Assembly: GCF_902713615.1 (NCBI RefSeq)
Contig: NW_024056010.1
Span: 1-64,000 of the forward strand
DNA from: Scyliorhinus canicula
Taxonomy: Eukaryota
Reading direction: 5' to 3'
Length of the DNA: 64,000 bases
The position numbers and the translations under genes are program-made. How positions within the stretch are numbered: position 1 is the first letter of the stretch; each line of letters begins with the position of its first letter. Below are positions 63,531 through 64,000 of the stretch, one piece after another. The notes under the pieces were generated by a model. The model searched no databases. It saw only the letters and a program-made list of their open reading frames with translations, and had not been told where the DNA came from.

Positions 63531-64000
63531 ATCTTAATCAAAAAGACTGGAATGCACATGTACAGAAAGGCTGAGCAGACCATTTAAAAGCAGGATGGGC
63601 ATTGGATGCAGAAGCAATTTGGGCTGGAGTGGAGATAGAGGAGATGCTGCTGGGTTTAACCTATTGGACTGGGACTTAGGAGGATGAACAGGCCATTCGG
63701 CCCTCCAATCCAGTTCCACCATTCAATATAATTAGGGCTGATCTGGTTGTGGTCTCAGTTCCCCTTGCCTGTCTGCACCACCAACATCATCACCCAGAAC
63801 CATTGACTCCCTTGTCTATCAAAAATCTATCATCCAACAGTGCCTTAAATAAATTCAATACCCCAGCCTCCACTGTTCTCTGGGGAATTCCACAGACTAA
63901 TGAACCTTGGAAACAAAAACATTATCCTCATTTTAGCCTTCACGTTCTCCCCATCTCTCATTCTTAAAGCGTGTCACCTCATTCTAGTCTTTCCCATGGG

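Overview
AT-rich vertebrate DNA, almost certainly a cartilaginous fish (inferred from HE1/V-SINEs, shark-type IgM exons and shark-type KRAB-less C2H2 genes). The window is a repeat-dense C2H2 zinc-finger cluster. It is built from an ~11-14 kb inverted segmental duplication (about 4210-15420 vs 46700-60640) around a ~31 kb spacer. The spacer holds three intact, splice-compatible IgM constant exons (CH1-CH2-CH3, minus strand, 19318-21057). I could find no V/D/J upstream and no CH4/TM downstream within the window. About 0.5 kb upstream of CH1 lie a 10 x 29-bp AGCT-rich tandem array and a ~0.7 kb CpG-rich tract that is purine/G-rich on the Ig sense strand. This arrangement resembles an Ig class-switch region and is the most unusual signal here, but that reading is a hypothesis with mundane alternatives. 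Mobile elements: a full-length young L1 with a 16-bp TSD inserted just after the ATG of a ZNF pseudogene, a young Penelope element (RT + GIY-YIG), four Penelope-type minimal hammerhead ribozymes, young and old CR1 copies, Tx1, Rex/Babar, RTE and L2 fragments, and about 30 SINEs. Many repeat boundaries are approximate (by-eye alignment).
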